DNA from: Ostrea edulis
Taxonomy: Eukaryota
Assembly: GCF_947568905.1 (NCBI RefSeq)
Contig: NC_079164.1
Coordinates: 102,176,001-102,240,000, forward strand
Reading direction: 5' to 3'
DNA length: 64,000 nucleotides
Shown here: piece after piece, positions 14,808 to 28,769 of the stretch
Layout of the letters: every line of letters begins with the position of its first letter
How positions within the stretch are numbered: the stretch's first letter is position 1
Notes under the pieces: model-generated
What the model was told of the DNA's origin: nothing
The model's database searches: none
Seen by the model: only the letters and a program-made list of their open reading frames with translations
Position numbers and translations under genes: made by a program

Positions 14808-15135
14808 ACTATGGTAGCTCAGTGGTAGAGCATTCACTTTATAACCTGGCGGTCGTGAGTTTGAGCCCTGCTTGTGTCGTGGCTTCGTCAAACCTAAGAC
14901 GTAAGTATAGGTACTGATTACTCGGCATTTATTAGTGAGAATCATAGGTCTTTCGGATATGACCTTAAAAATGGAGGTCCCATGTCGTGGCAGGCATTAG
15001 CAGATTAAAAGAACCCTCACTGCTATGGCCCTGAGCACTAAACATAGGTCTAAATTTGTGGTACTTCACCTACAGCTGGTGACGTCTCAATATCAGTGGA
15101 AACTTCTTAATGGGATGTAAAACAACCAATCAACC
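14808..15135 (+). mobile_element. tRNA-derived core-domain SINE (probably Meta-type), near full length
   Basis: tRNA-like head with A box TAGCTCAGTGGTAGAGC and decayed B box GAGTTTGAGCCC; central AAAGAACCCTCACTGCT..ATGGCC shared with copies at 35.5, 48.2 and 54.7 kb; CAATCAA-type tail. The Meta-domain assignment is from memory and needs checking. Confidence 0.85.
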
Positions 15136-16526
15136 TAGTCCTATTTCAGAAAACCTCTGAGCACTTCTAAAAGAAACCTCCAAGAACCTCAGAAATCCTC
15201 TGAACACCTCAGCAGGGCTACAAGAGCCCAATAAACCCTTAGATCACCTCCACAGCCCTCCAGAAGCCCACTACCCTCCTTACTCACTGACCTGTCCGAT
15301 TTTCCCACCACTGCCCTACAACTCGACACAGTTGTTCTGGCTAGGAATCAATAGCGGATCTGACTTCCTCAGCTTTACACACTCACTCCCTCATGCCTGT
15401 CTCTCAATCAGACATATTTTTTTCAATTCTCAGTATATCGTATTACTTTTTCTCTCCATGTGAAGCTGAATGTAACATTTCTGAATTGTTCCTCTACATC
15501 TGAGAGCAATACCCTCATCGTTAGAGTTTCTTGGTCACCCATATAAACAGGTTCTATATAAACAATTGCTGATTTCAAGTATAGTAAACTTTTAGGTGAA
15601 CTGGCTGTCCATTTTCACCAATGATGCCCATTAGCTTTGTAACCGTGAATAAAATAAAGACAGCAGTCAACAGATCTGAAGTCATATTTCATATAGATCA
15701 TTTAGAACAATCAGATATGGTGAAATTGATCTAAAATGATGTACTTAATACATTAAGCTGTGATGCTTATCACCCTACTGCCACCAAACTCTGAAAATAG
15801 ACACAAGACTCCAAATACAAATGGCCCAGATAACATGACCTTAAACGACAAGGTCATATGTTCTCTTCATCACAATATCTGTATTTAATCACATTGATAT
15901 TCTGCCTTGGGTTGATCCCATCCACAGCTAAATCAGGCTTACATAACCATCAAGACAGTCTTCCCAGAAAATTATCTACCCGAGACTATACCTGACACAT
16001 TATTCAGCAGCCAGTGACATTGCCTACTACCCCCAGGACTCAACACAACAAGGACAGATCTGGAGATTTATGGCCAACACGATCAGTTGTCAAACTCTCT
16101 GTCGATCAGAACTGGGGTTCCTGGCCTTCATCCTTCCTGACTTGTGGTGGTATTCTCTCTAGGTTGTAGACATACCTGAAGACAATTCCTACTGTGAACA
16201 GCCATTACAAGGTCACAACCATCATGATTGAATGAGTAATATAGGTCATTGCCATGGATACACGATAATGTTGCCATCAGCTTCCGCCATGTATGAAAAA
16301 AATAGCTCCTGTTTTAGTGCAAAATACGCCTTGTTTTTTTCCCCTTGAGGAATTAAACTCTCTGACTTGCAGTTTAATAATTTGTTGAGGTCACAAACAA
16401 AACTATCATTTTTAGTTATATGAACACTTTGTTTACAAACACATTGTCAATATTAAACATTAATGTCATATTTACAAACACATAGTCAATGTTAAACAGT
16501 AATTATAGTGTTGTTTTTTTTTGGTT

Positions 16527-16557
<31 letters not shown>

Positions 16558-17794
16558 GGGGTTCATTCTTGATGAAAACACAAGTAACCTTAAATCACAA
16601 TGTATAAATATGAGGACTGTTTAGTTTGTCTGTATTAGAGGTGAGATCAAAAGTTCAATGTCTGACAAAAACCTAAACCTACACAAGTTTTCACCAAGAC
16701 TCCCCCTTAAAACTAAATATGATGAATGTTGAAATTAACTGATTAACAATTAGAAACATAAGATTATAAAAAACGCTCTGTATACCTTTTCTACTGTTTA
16801 TTCACAAATGAAAGTGTACATTAAAACTTTGAAATGTTCATTGAAATGTAATATCATTATGTGGATTTTAACAGTCACTTGTCTTTTTCTTCTTTATCTA
16901 CTAAAGTGTAATTGATGTCGAATGACAGAAACTTACGGGAGTTTGTTTTTACCCCCTCCCCCTCCCTATTTGAATTTAGATTTTTATTCAACATCTGAAT
17001 TTAGATTTCTATCCAGCATCAATCTTTTGATCTCACCCCTTATGGGGGTATACAAACAATAAAAGTAGGTCATTTCTAGGTACTAACCCCTTCTACGATT
17101 GTTTTTAAAACTCGTGCTATAATAAAGACTATGCAGTAATTATACATAACCAATACTTGATAATGAAAAAGCACTTATAACTGGAAGTAGTATGTGATAA
17201 TTGACAAGATCGTCACATGGAAATACCAAGATATTTTACTCTTCAAAGTGGATTTTGTCATAGAATATCTTAGAACTAAGAAAAGAAATTCTTTATACCT
17301 TTAAATCAAATAAATATAACAAAGTCATAAGTAAATATAGTTAACATTTTATCCATGATAATACTTTATACACCAATTCAAAAAATCTGGATCTAAAGAA
17401 ATTACAGTGTTTTTAAATGATCTTAATTGTAAGATTGTGAATAAGGGCCACTGATCTACTGTTGCAAGAGGTGGTGCTAGCTTGCCTTACCTACTATACT
17501 ACTAATAGCAGTTATAGACAACTTATCATTTTCATCTTACTGACAGTACCACATTGTACATAAATTACAAACTGTACTACTACACAAATCAAAGACATCT
17601 TGGGAAATTCAAACTTGTTCCTCTACAGACAATAATTTTAGTTCTTTCAGATTTCTTACACAATCCCCCATGTCAATTTATCTTCTTTACTCATGCAGAC
17701 CTAACACATACATGAGTATAAAGACATCTAGTGGCTGGTCAGTGGGCCCTCTCCATGTGACCATGTGACAGGGTCAGAGAGTGTATCTGTTACA

Positions 17795-18482
17795 TTCTAC
17801 AAGATCCTAATGTACCATAGTTATATATCAGTTATTTTATAAGATCCTAATGTCCTATAGTTATATATGAGTTATTTTATAAGATCCTAATGTCCTATAG
17901 TTATATATTAGTTATTTTATAAGATCCTAATGCCCTATAGTTATATATCAGTTATTTTATAAGATCCTAATGTCCTATAGTTATATATCAGTTATTTTAT
18001 AAGATCCTAATGTCCTATAGTTATATATCAGTTATTTTATAAGATCCTAATGTCCTATAGTTATATGAATTCTATACAAGATACTAATGTCCTATAGTTA
18101 TATGAATTCTATACAAGATACTAATGTCCTATAGTTATATGAATTCTATACAAGATACTAATGTCCTATAGTTATATGAATTCTATACAAGATACTAATG
18201 TACTATAGTTATATGAAATCTATACAAGATACTAATGTCCTATAGTTATATGAATTCTATACAAGATACTAATGTCCTATAGTTATATGAATTCTATACA
18301 AGATACTAATGTACTATAGTTATATGAATTCTATACAAGATACTAATGTACTATAGTTATATGAAATCTATACAAGATACTAATGTCCTATAGTTATATG
18401 AATTCTATACAAGATACTAATGTCCTATAGTTATATGAATTCTATACAAGATACTAATGTCCTATAGTTATATGAATTCTAT
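17795..18482. repeat. Bipartite minisatellite: 40-bp units then 37-bp units
   Basis: AAGATCCTAA at 40-bp spacing 17801-18041, then AAGATACTAA at 37-bp spacing 18078-18448. Confidence 0.97.
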
Positions 18483-21400
18483 AGTACATCCTAATTATCA
18501 GTTACAGAAAGTACATGGGACATATTAACAATATCTAGGCTTATTCTATAAACATGTTTTAATTACTTGAAGGTAAATGTCATGATTTGTGATTTGACAT
18601 ATACACAGCTGTGTGTCAAAATTATAAAGTATGATGTACGTTTAAATTTCTCAGCAAACTTTGATTTCTATTTATCAAGAATTGTGGCTTGTATGTAGTT
18701 ATTTTATTTATCATAGTACATGCTTTTAATCATAAATCCAAAGTCAACACATATTGAGTTGCATTGTGGTGCAAATCTTGTCTCCAAAGTTAGAACAGCT
18801 TTTATCAATGCTACAACATATGCAAAGGTGTTCGATATCTAAAATATTTTAATTTGAAATTGTTAGCTTCCTGTTTAATAATTATATACCACAAAAACTC
18901 ACAATTCAAATATATAAAAAAAATTCTTTGTATTTTCATTTTTCAAGTATTTGATATTACAATACATTTTCACAATTACAACATCCCCTTTTCTGAATTC
19001 AATTCGCTTGTCATTTACAATATATGACGGACATATTCTTAGATTTGAATTTTATCTCGTACTTTCATATTTTCATACTGTGTATATATAACTGTTTGTA
19101 AGACAAAGGCAACTCACACACTAATGTTTAATACTGAACAGTAAATTAGTTTCATAAACCACTTTGCAAAATCTAACTTTGACAATGTCATAAACATGAT
19201 AGATGCAGAATTCATTTCAATACTACAAATAAATATAAAATTAATGTCTTTATCAAATATTTTCAAAAAAAATTTCAGCATAGCATATCTTATCAACCAC
19301 AAATGTTAATAAAAATCCACGTTTGAATTAATTTTTTCCCAAATCAATACATGTATATGCTGTTTTTCTTTGCCGCAGAGAGACGATTACAACTTAATTT
19401 ATGCACAGGAAAACCTGTACAGTATGTATACATTTGATTTCTTCACACACAGTCCAGTCTTAAAGTTCCGGTGAATAGAAAACAATAGCCTCAATGAACA
19501 ACATATACGTAAAACATACAATTCACAGTCAGAATTTGAAATTGTCATGTGGAATGTAAAAAATGTCGCCACTTTCATATTTCTCAATAAATATTTCATT
19601 TGATAAACGTCTTCTGCTTAGAAAATCATTTTGCAGTCATTTTTGCTCTACGTCTATAATGATGAAGTTTACAATATTCAAAGCAAAGCACCTGGTCATA
19701 ATTGTAACTCGACATATTCGATCTGGTTATCAGTTGTCCATTTCTGGCACTAGACATTCCAACATTTAATTAATGAATCCTAAAATTTAATTTATAGCAG
19801 TCCTTTCTAAGAGTGGTGTTTACAACCGCGTATTACAAAATACTACTAAATTTCTTTTGTTTCTGCCATTTTAACACCAGAAACTGTTCATATTTGCGTA
19901 AAAAAGAATATTCCCATGAAATGAATACTTTCATGAAAAGGCACATGAAATATTGGACTCATTTGTGACCACAGATTTAATTAATGGTTTAAATCAATCC
20001 AACATTAAATCATCTGGGACATCATTGGTCAGGTAAGTTACATTTACGGGGTATTCTGATTGGCTTATTATTTACTTTTAATGTGTGTATTTCTGATTAT
20101 TCCTTTCTCATTTTCTTAATAGTCAGTAATGCAGTAAATGAAAGGCATTCATGTTTGCCAGAAAACGAACATCAAAAAAGGCATCAACAATACATATGCA
20201 ATACATTTGAATCATTATCGTAATAAACCATTAATCATGAAAATGTTTTGAACTGAATGGGATAGAGAAATAATGCTGTCTAAAATATAATCATTGACCT
20301 TGAAGAAAAATAGTTATCACACCTTAATGGTCCGTATTCACTCCATTTATCACACAGATGCACAAAGTGCAGTACATTAAATTCTATACTACATTATGTA
20401 ATAGTCAAAATTTCTTCTTTTTTATTTTCTTTCAGTACTTTTTAAAATGAGCAAACTTGTTTACAAATAATCATTGACTAACACAAAGTCACCACTCACA
20501 GTAAGATTTTTGTTCATTATGTACACATTTATATTATCATTGCCAGGGGATCTGTTGGACACCAACTAGATCAGAACATTTGAAAAATCTTGGGAAGCTT
20601 CTGCTCTCTCTTAAGAAATTAAGTCATAATCCAAACCTTTTTTCTTTTTTAAACAAAATCTATCAACAAATTATTTCATACTTTCAAAATATTTCTTTTT
20701 TTATAATGTGAATAGAAAAATCTGGCTTGCATCAACAATGAAATCAGTCTTCCTGCACATTTAAAAGTCTCATTGACTTTGCATTACAATGATGTAAAAT
20801 TCCATTATAGATATCACTCAGGTCCTATTTCTTAATTTAATGACAAAATATTTTATTCCTTCAGTTCTTTGATCAATCATTGAGAACCTCACCAGGACAA
20901 AACTGGAGATAAAGATAAAGTACACAAAATGCTTGACCCCAGTATGCTGGAAATTTCTTGGCGGAAATATGAAATGGTACCCAACAAAAATATTCAGCCA
21001 CCATCAACTGGTGGGAGACATTTGGAACCAATTTAACATCCTTTTTTTTCTCATGTTCTTTATTTCCCCCCTCTTCATCCCTCGGCCACTCTCGGCAGCA
21101 TTGAATATCTCCATCCAACCTGTACATTTCATGTGAATTTTTTCCCTAATACTCAAAACTAGACTAGAAACCCACTGTCTACTAGCGAAAAGCTTTCATT
21201 AAATGAATTGTTTTAAGTTTTGACTATAATTAAATTTCAGCAAGTAAAATGTGGTATTTATGAATTCAAATTAATAGAAAGGCTGACATTTAAACTTCGT
21301 AAGTTTTTGGATTATGAAATTTAACACTGTGAAAACGTCAGGTACTGAAGTAAAAATGTTTAATTAGTAGAACGGTGTTAATCACTTCAAACTTTTATGT

Positions 21401-24400
21401 ATTGATTTTAGCTGCTAGGATAGTATATGTCGTATTATTCCATCTCCAAAATAAAAATTGAATCCCTAAACCTGCTGGAAGATCTCATGCGAATTTTAAA
21501 AAATCCCAAAATTCAGGAATACTAAAAATTTTTAAAAAAGATTAGAGCAGCTGTTGATTTCATCAAATAATATCTCGTCAAATGCAAGAAGTTAAATGCA
21601 TCTTTATTTACACAAACATAAGACATGTTTAACTGAGCCTGCCTCTTAGTTTATTTCCCAACTGCAACAGGCCAAGATTGGGTGTCAAGACAAGTCTCAG
21701 TTTTTGCAAACATTTGATATGTCTGAAAAAAAAAATCCTGCACAAAATTATTTTCTCTGCTCATTTTTTTTTCTGGATGAAAAAAGTTCTTTCCTGTTGT
21801 AAGTTACAGAATTATTCTATTATGATAATTAAATGGCAGCACTTTTTGTCTCCGTTCCGATTTCAGTTAACCATTAAACATGTTCTTCTACGAGTTCACA
21901 ATTCTATACTCTTCTTACAAAGATCATTGACAGTCAATTAGCTCAGTAAAAAATTAGTGAAATTTTTTTTTCTATAAAACTCTCTTAAAAAATTTAAATG
22001 GTTTTTCTTACCTAAGCCATCGAGATTGAGGTGTTGTCCACGAGCCAAAAGTATCATTATACATGATGCTGAAGATCCAAGTTTCAAATGGGGAAAAAGT
22101 TTTTGGATACTACCCCTGTGAACTTTGTCCTTTAAAAATAAATAAAGTAAAACAGAATCCACGTGTGCATTGATGTCTCACTCAAACATTGTATGGCAAT
22201 TGTATACCTAATGGAAACTACAGTCAATTCTTATATACATCTACATGACTGCCTATTTATAGTTTCAAAGGTTCATCAGAGAGAGCAGAGCTCTGCCGAA
22301 ATAATGTGCTACTGTCTGTTGTATGAAAACAGAGCATCCATTGTAAACTAAGCCATATATCCCATTGTACAGGGGTGTGCGGAAAATTTAGACCCAATCA
22401 GAACAGCTTTACATACAGGCCGTGCCTGAACTACCTGTCAATTATCAGATGTGTTAGGTGATATTGGCGAAACTTAAGATCACTGATTTCGTTAACTCTC
22501 ACCTCTTGATACATACCTGAGATCTTCGATACCTGTCATAACCAAAGCATGGGCTGTCTCAGGTGACAGTCTAATCATTAATTTGTCCCACAGATTTCTT
22601 TTGACAAAAAAAATAAAATAACCAATGCTGGGGTCTTTAACACATCCAGATTTAACTGTCTGTAGATAGGAAAGTATAAGCTAGCAGCCAATCATAATTT
22701 TCTGTAGAAATGGGAAATTGTGGTGACTAAGACCAACAGGATTGAATCAGACAATCCTATGATTACATCTTAAAGATGGTTAAAAAACAACGATTACAAT
22801 TAGTTCTTTGTTTTGTTTTTTTTTAAATTAGAAGTATTTGGATACAGGATAAGGCTTTCCCTTGACAGTTGAGCTTGGGATTCAATATTCTGTGCATTTT
22901 GTGCACCTGTGCATTCCAAATTTCATCAAAATTTCTTAAAGACACCAAATTATGTCATGAAAATGACATTTTCCTGTCATTCCCGATATTTCCACATAAA
23001 TTACTATTTTTCAGTTCCACATGCACATCTTTGATGATCTCGCAAGTGCTTGGGTTCAGCCCCCCCCCCCCCCCCCCCCCTGATTAAGCTACATGAGTTG
23101 ATTTAATTAATTTTTTGTTGAAAATATTTCTAATGCATGTCAACAACATCTTGCATATCCATAAAGTCCAAAATAAGCCCTTTTTCAAAAACAAAAAAAC
23201 CCTAGCCCACTGGTTATCATAAGTTCTGTTATAATAACTAGTGAGGGTATTTTTTTTTACATTGTTTCACGGCACGTGCAGCATAATTTCACCAAATAAA
23301 AGAAGGGTCATGAACAACGAGAATCACATGCCAGTAATTTCAATTTGATAAATAGCAGTTCAAAGAAATGTGTACCATAAGAAATGGTTTATTTTTATGT
23401 AAGGTTTTCATTGTAATTAGGAATATGTGATTAAGGTCAGCTATATACAAGTACATGTTTACATTGGAGATGAATTTCATTATGTACTGAACTGTGAAGC
23501 AATGTGAGCAAAGAATCAAATTTTTATCACCTAAACAAATAAATATTAAGAATATCTTTACTTTTAAACAAACTTTTAGAAAACTCCGTCCTTTCATTAA
23601 GAAAATAATAAAATAAAATGTGCTCCCCTACCTAGAATGCCAATACTTCACATTAATAATAACACATTTCTTTAAGTTAGTTCTTTTCTAACTTGATAAA
23701 TATATTTTTGTATACCATTGCATAATGGTGATGAGATCCAACAAATTGAATTGAGTACATGTAGTCTTGAAATATCACAAAGTATAGAGTTGACAACCAT
23801 TGAAATAAAAATGCAGACGTTTTCTCGTTTATTCAGTGACTCACAAACTTGCACGTCTTCTAAATGAAAGTTGTAAAACAAACGTACTAGGTATTGGTCA
23901 ATTATAACATAATACAGGGGTAAAATTCATCTCATCTCCGCTAGCAATGGGTTTTCAGTCAACTTTGCCTTCGTGGACGAAAAATCTCGGCTAGCGAAGA
24001 TGGAAAAAAAGAAGCCTCAGTCTATAGATAGTCCGCTTGCATTAACATGTATTATGAAGGTGAAATCGAAGAATTATCCAGTAAATCCAATGATGTTGCA
24101 GTACATATAGCATGTATTTATTTTATTTTTGACTGAGAGGGAGATAGACAGCTAAGCACGTAACATCGTTTTAGAAGAGGGGGGGGGGGGGGGCTCATTC
24201 ATTAGTCCTAACCCGGACCAGCCGAAAAATTTAACATGTAAAGAAAACAAAATGGGAAATAAAAAACAATATCAGATTGAAAGGGGATGGGTAATTAATC
24301 AGAAAGAAATTGTACTTTCAAGATTTATATTGAACGTATTAAACTTCCCTATATGCATACATTCATGAATATTATAATCAATGATTACCAATGCTTGCTC

Positions 24401-25092
24401 TCTCTCTCTCTCTCGCTTTCATTATCTAATACATCTAAAGATTAAATTAAAGATTTTAATAATCGATAGCGTATATGAATAAAAGCATATAATCGTTAAG
24501 TCATTTCTGTTTATATTGATATTAGTCTTTTTTCATGAACTAGTTGCATTTGACACCGAGGATTTACATCCTTAAATATTGATTATAGGCACGTCGAATC
24601 GGAGAGGGTGTAATTTGAAAACTTGAAAGTTAAGGATTTAGACTTGTAGCGACCTACCCACTGCACGATTTAAGAAACTGAAGTCGGAAGGGGGAATTGA
24701 GACAGTTTCAGACTACTACCCCCCCCCCCCCCCCCCACTTCCAATTTAAGCACCATTTTTGTTGTTATTTTATTGCTTGTCAAGAAATTTACACAACTTA
24801 ACCGGCAATATACTCCTTCTGATACATTGAAAAATATGAGTAATGTTAGCATGGGGCTCTATAAAGTTCAATCTGCAGTTTGGTCATACTTCGTCATTCA
24901 ATAACTTATTCAAAATTTTAAAAAAAAAATGTTTGTCGGGTTAGCAGTACTATGATGTATGACTATAACAATGACCTGTGTATAACTTAAACATTCCATG
25001 CAAATTCGAAGGGGTTTTCGCCCCAGTAGAACAATGGGGGTCAGCTAATCCGTGTATTTGAAATCAACAGAAGTGCTTAGCTTCTTGTGGAT

Positions 25093-25177
25093 AGTGAGAA
25101 ATATATTGGGTCGGGCGCAAAATACCCGTGATCTTAGACTAGATCTGATATCGCGCCGACCGAATATATTTCGCACT
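25093..25177. mobile_element. 85-bp hairpin mini-MITE
   Basis: AGTGAGAAATATATTGGGTCGGGCGC (25093-25118) is the near reverse complement of GCGCCGACCGAATATATTTCGCACT (25153-25177). Confidence 0.7.
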
Positions 25178-25557
25178 TTTCTTAAGAAGTCAAAACCCAA
25201 ACTAGCTAACCGTAATTTAGTTATACTGTGACAAAGACCCTAGGAATTTGCATGGTATATACTTATTATACAAAAATCATTGCATTATCCAGACACTCCC
25301 GATGAACATTTTCTTTTTTTATGAAAACCTCTATCAAAGTACATTGAACATAAGTCTCAGTCAAATGTAATTAACTCGGGATTTTAAAAATAAATCATTC
25401 GATGGTTTGTATTTTTGCTTCTATTAATTATGTAATAAATTAATTCCAATTTGTTAATTATCGACAATGCTCTAATTTCTATACTGGATCAAGTTATATT
25501 TGTCAAGATGCATATTATCAAAATATGATGGAAGTAATTATGTTAAACAGCGCATTT

Positions 25558-25560
<3 letters not shown>

Positions 25561-25606
<46 letters not shown>
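25561..25606. repeat. (AG)23 microsatellite
   Basis: Pure AG tract. Confidence 0.98.
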
Positions 25607-25607
<1 letters not shown>

Positions 25608-26099
25608 ACATCCTAATTATTAAACATCCCTATCACATGTTGTACATGTATGTTTTTCATTTACTGAATATACTAATTCGCATTCAAAACAGGAATTGCC
25701 TGCAAGTACGCATTATTTAAACAGAGACTTTAAGAATATTTTAATGAAGAAAGAAGACTATTAAAGAAAAAATTTCAAAACCAGGTTTTCTTAAAAACAT
25801 AATATATAGTGTTTGGTATCGTTGGAATTGGCTCAAAATGCTGAAAAACAATATAAGTATCAGGAGGGAAAATATTGACATTTTTTTCTTTTCTTAAAAT
25901 TCCACCCTTATCTTGATTATTTGGCCTGCAGCACATTTTCACATCTCCTGCAAGGCGCCCATGGCCAGAACAAAGCTCTTAGCAGCTGTGTGTATTCGCA
26001 AATAACACACACAGTGGAACACAGAGGACACCGTGTATCTCTGTGGATTTTCCACTGTGGTCTTTCCAAGGTGGGGTGTATAAAACTCGTGTTGTGTAT

Positions 26100-27464
26100 T
26101 GTAAGCTAAATTGTAATGTTCAGCAACAGTATAAAACAAGATGTGTTCTTAAAACTTCACTGCCCTCTAAAGTGCATACACTGATGAAAGGCTTTAAATA
26201 ATAGGTGTATTAACATTAAAACATCAATATTTATGACTAATCTGGACTCATCCTAAAGTCATAACCCTGGGTTATGAAATTCACCATTTTTTGTACATCC
26301 TTTTCCACTATTCCTAAGTATGCATTTAGATTTTATACAGTATCAGCAAACTTACACATAAATACTACATACTAAGTTCGCCCCGCCCTCGGGTCAGAAC
26401 CCTTACTCTGGGGATCATCAAATTTACAATTTTGGTAAAAGACTACCTGCTCTATCCATTTAGTTTCAATTAGTATCAATAGCACTAAAGAAGATGTAAT
26501 TTAAGTGTTTTACACATAAACACTATATACCAAGTTTGGCCCCACCCTGGGGTCAGAATCCCTACCCCGGAGATCATGAAATTTACAATTTTGGTAGAGG
26601 CCTTCCTCCTCTACATTTATCTTATCTTATCTATAACCAGTTTGGCCCTGCCCTGGGGTCAAAACCCCTACCCCGGGGATCATGAAATTTTGGTAGAGGC
26701 CTTCCTGCTCTACATCACTATGCATTTATTTCTTCTTACATGTTTGTGATTCTTGAGAAGATTTTTAAAAATTGGTAAACTTTGAGCAGTTTTTGCCCCG
26801 CCCCTAAGGCTCCAGGGGTGCAGGAATCCTGAAATTTACAATTTATGTCCCCTTTGTTCAAAAATATATTTCATACCAAATTTGAAAAGAATTGGAATTA
26901 TAGTTATCAAGAAGAAATTAAAAATGTCTATTGTTCACACATTTAATATCTGACCATTTTGGCCCCACCCCAATACCAAAACTCCTACCCCTGGGATCAT
27001 CAAATTTACAATTTTGGTAAAGGACTACCTGTTCCTTCTAAATATCTATTCACTTTCAATTTAGTATCAATAGCACTAAAGAAGATGTTATTTAAGTGTT
27101 TTACACATAAACACTATATACCAAGTTTGGCCCCACCCTGGGGTCAGAATCCCTACCCCGGAGATCATGAAATTTACAATTTTGGTAGAGGCCTTCCTGC
27201 TCTACATTACTATGCATTTAGTTTTTCTTTCACATGTGTGGTTCTTGAGAAGATTTTTGAAAATTGGTCAATTTTGGGCAGCTTTTGCCCCGCCCCGACG
27301 GCCCCAGGGGTACTAGAGTCCTGAAATTTACAATTTATGACCCCTTGTCCCAATGATGCTTCATATCAAATATTGAAATGGTAATTATCAAGAAGAAGTT
27401 AAAAATGTTCAATTGTTAACGCATGGCAACCAATTGCAATAGGTCACCTGAGTTTACCTAAAAA
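26100..27464 (+). mobile_element. Non-autonomous Helentron-associated element (HINE), family A, with internal subrepeats
   Basis: Matches the copies at 38.7 and 46.2 kb (TTTGGCCCCGCCCTGGGGTCAGAACCCCTACCCCGGGGATCATGAAATTTACAATT modules); 3' end CAATTGCAATAGGTCACCTGAG..CCTAAAAA. Strand is given as the AACAAG-to-hairpin orientation. Confidence 0.8.
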
Positions 27465-27554
27465 CTGTATCATGGTGGTTCTCCAGGAGTAGAATATTAA
27501 ACAACAATGTTCACCTGAGCCACCTTAGCCCTGTTGTTTTAAAGAAGATTAAAA

Positions 27555-28283
27555 AACAAGAGATGTTTGTAAAACACATATGCCCCCCATGGTGCAAAAT
27601 TGAATAGGGTTATACACACACATCATTTAATTGATAGTAGTATCATCAATTCAAAATATCGAGCAGACAATATGTTCCTATGTCAAGAATGGATTGACCA
27701 TGTGACCTAAAAATCAATAATGGTCATCTACTCCTTATGCTGTACCAAGTTTGGTGTCAATCAAGCAAATACTTCTTAAAATATAGGAGACAATATATTA
27801 CAATGTCCAGTTCAACCCTTGACCTTTGACCATGTGACCTCAAAATCAATAGGGGTCATCTTCTTCTAAAGATATACCAGTGTACCAAGTTTGATGTCTG
27901 TCAAGCAAAGGGTTCGCTAGACATTGAGTAGTCAATATATTCCTATGTCCAGTTTCACCTTTGACCATGTGAACTAAAAATCAATAGTGGTCATCTACTC
28001 CTTAGGATGTACCAGTGTACCAAGTTTGATGTCTGTCAAGCAAAGGGTACTCAAGATATTGAGCGGACAGTATAAACCCATGTCCAGAGTAGATTTACCC
28101 TTGACCTTTGACCTGAAAAACAATAGGGGCCCACTTCCACTCATAACCAACCCACATATGAAATACAGTGTATCATCATCATCATCAAGTGAATGGTTCT
28201 CAAGATATTGAGTGGACAACGTGGTCTACCGACCGACAGGTGCAAACCAATATGCCCCTCTTCTTTGAAGGGGGGCATAAAAA
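27555..28283 (+). mobile_element. HINE family B with about 135-bp subrepeats
   Basis: Starts AACAAGAG; repeats containing GACCATGTGACC at about 27696, 27828, 27963; terminal hairpin ATGCCCC..GGGGCAT followed by AAAAA. Confidence 0.85.
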
Positions 28284-28769
28284 TAACTTGAACCTTTTTA
28301 AATCCCATGTGAAATTCTGACCCCATATTATGACCCCTACTTAGCCATATGGGGTTGTGACTTACTCATATATATAACTGAACTTGAATCCACACAGCAT
28401 GGAGATGCCTAAATATCAATATGACAAACATGGCCTTGCTGTTCTGGAGAAGAACATTTATTCAAAATTTCTTGAATTTTGTAAAATTTGATCTCCTATT
28501 TCAGCCCCATCATGGTCCATAATAAATATAAATCCTGAATTCATAATGATTGCATATTGATATGGATGAGCATGACCTGGCTACTCTTAAAAATTAGTTG
28601 TTTTGTATTTTTTTAAATTATTATTTTCCTATACATTCTCATGTAAAACTGGAAAAAGATGGAGAAAACATTCAACATCGATGTGACCAAAGTCCTTGTT
28701 GAATACGATACAAAAGAATGACTGTTATGCTGAAGTACCAGTAGGAAAGTAAACATACCCTTGCATATG

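Noticed and set aside
14808-14880. Functional tRNA gene
   Set aside because: It is the head of a SINE whose body recurs elsewhere in the window; stems are poor
16507-16561. Long T and G homopolymers (also G/C runs at 23059, 37921, 44016, 57778) as G-quadruplex elements
   Set aside because: Common in such genomes, lengths are unreliable in assemblies, and nothing suggests function
19550-19560. miR-1-like TGGAATGTAAA
   Set aside because: Only 11 nt match and no precursor hairpin is visible
20873-21136. Antiparallel ORFs of 84 and 67 aa
   Set aside because: No recognisable domain and inconsistent splice framing; compatible with chance in a GC-elevated island
26959-27324. 121-aa ORF (and similar ORFs at 39221, 39616, 47646, 47698)
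   Set aside because: They lie in non-coding HINE modules, and the frames are not conserved between copies
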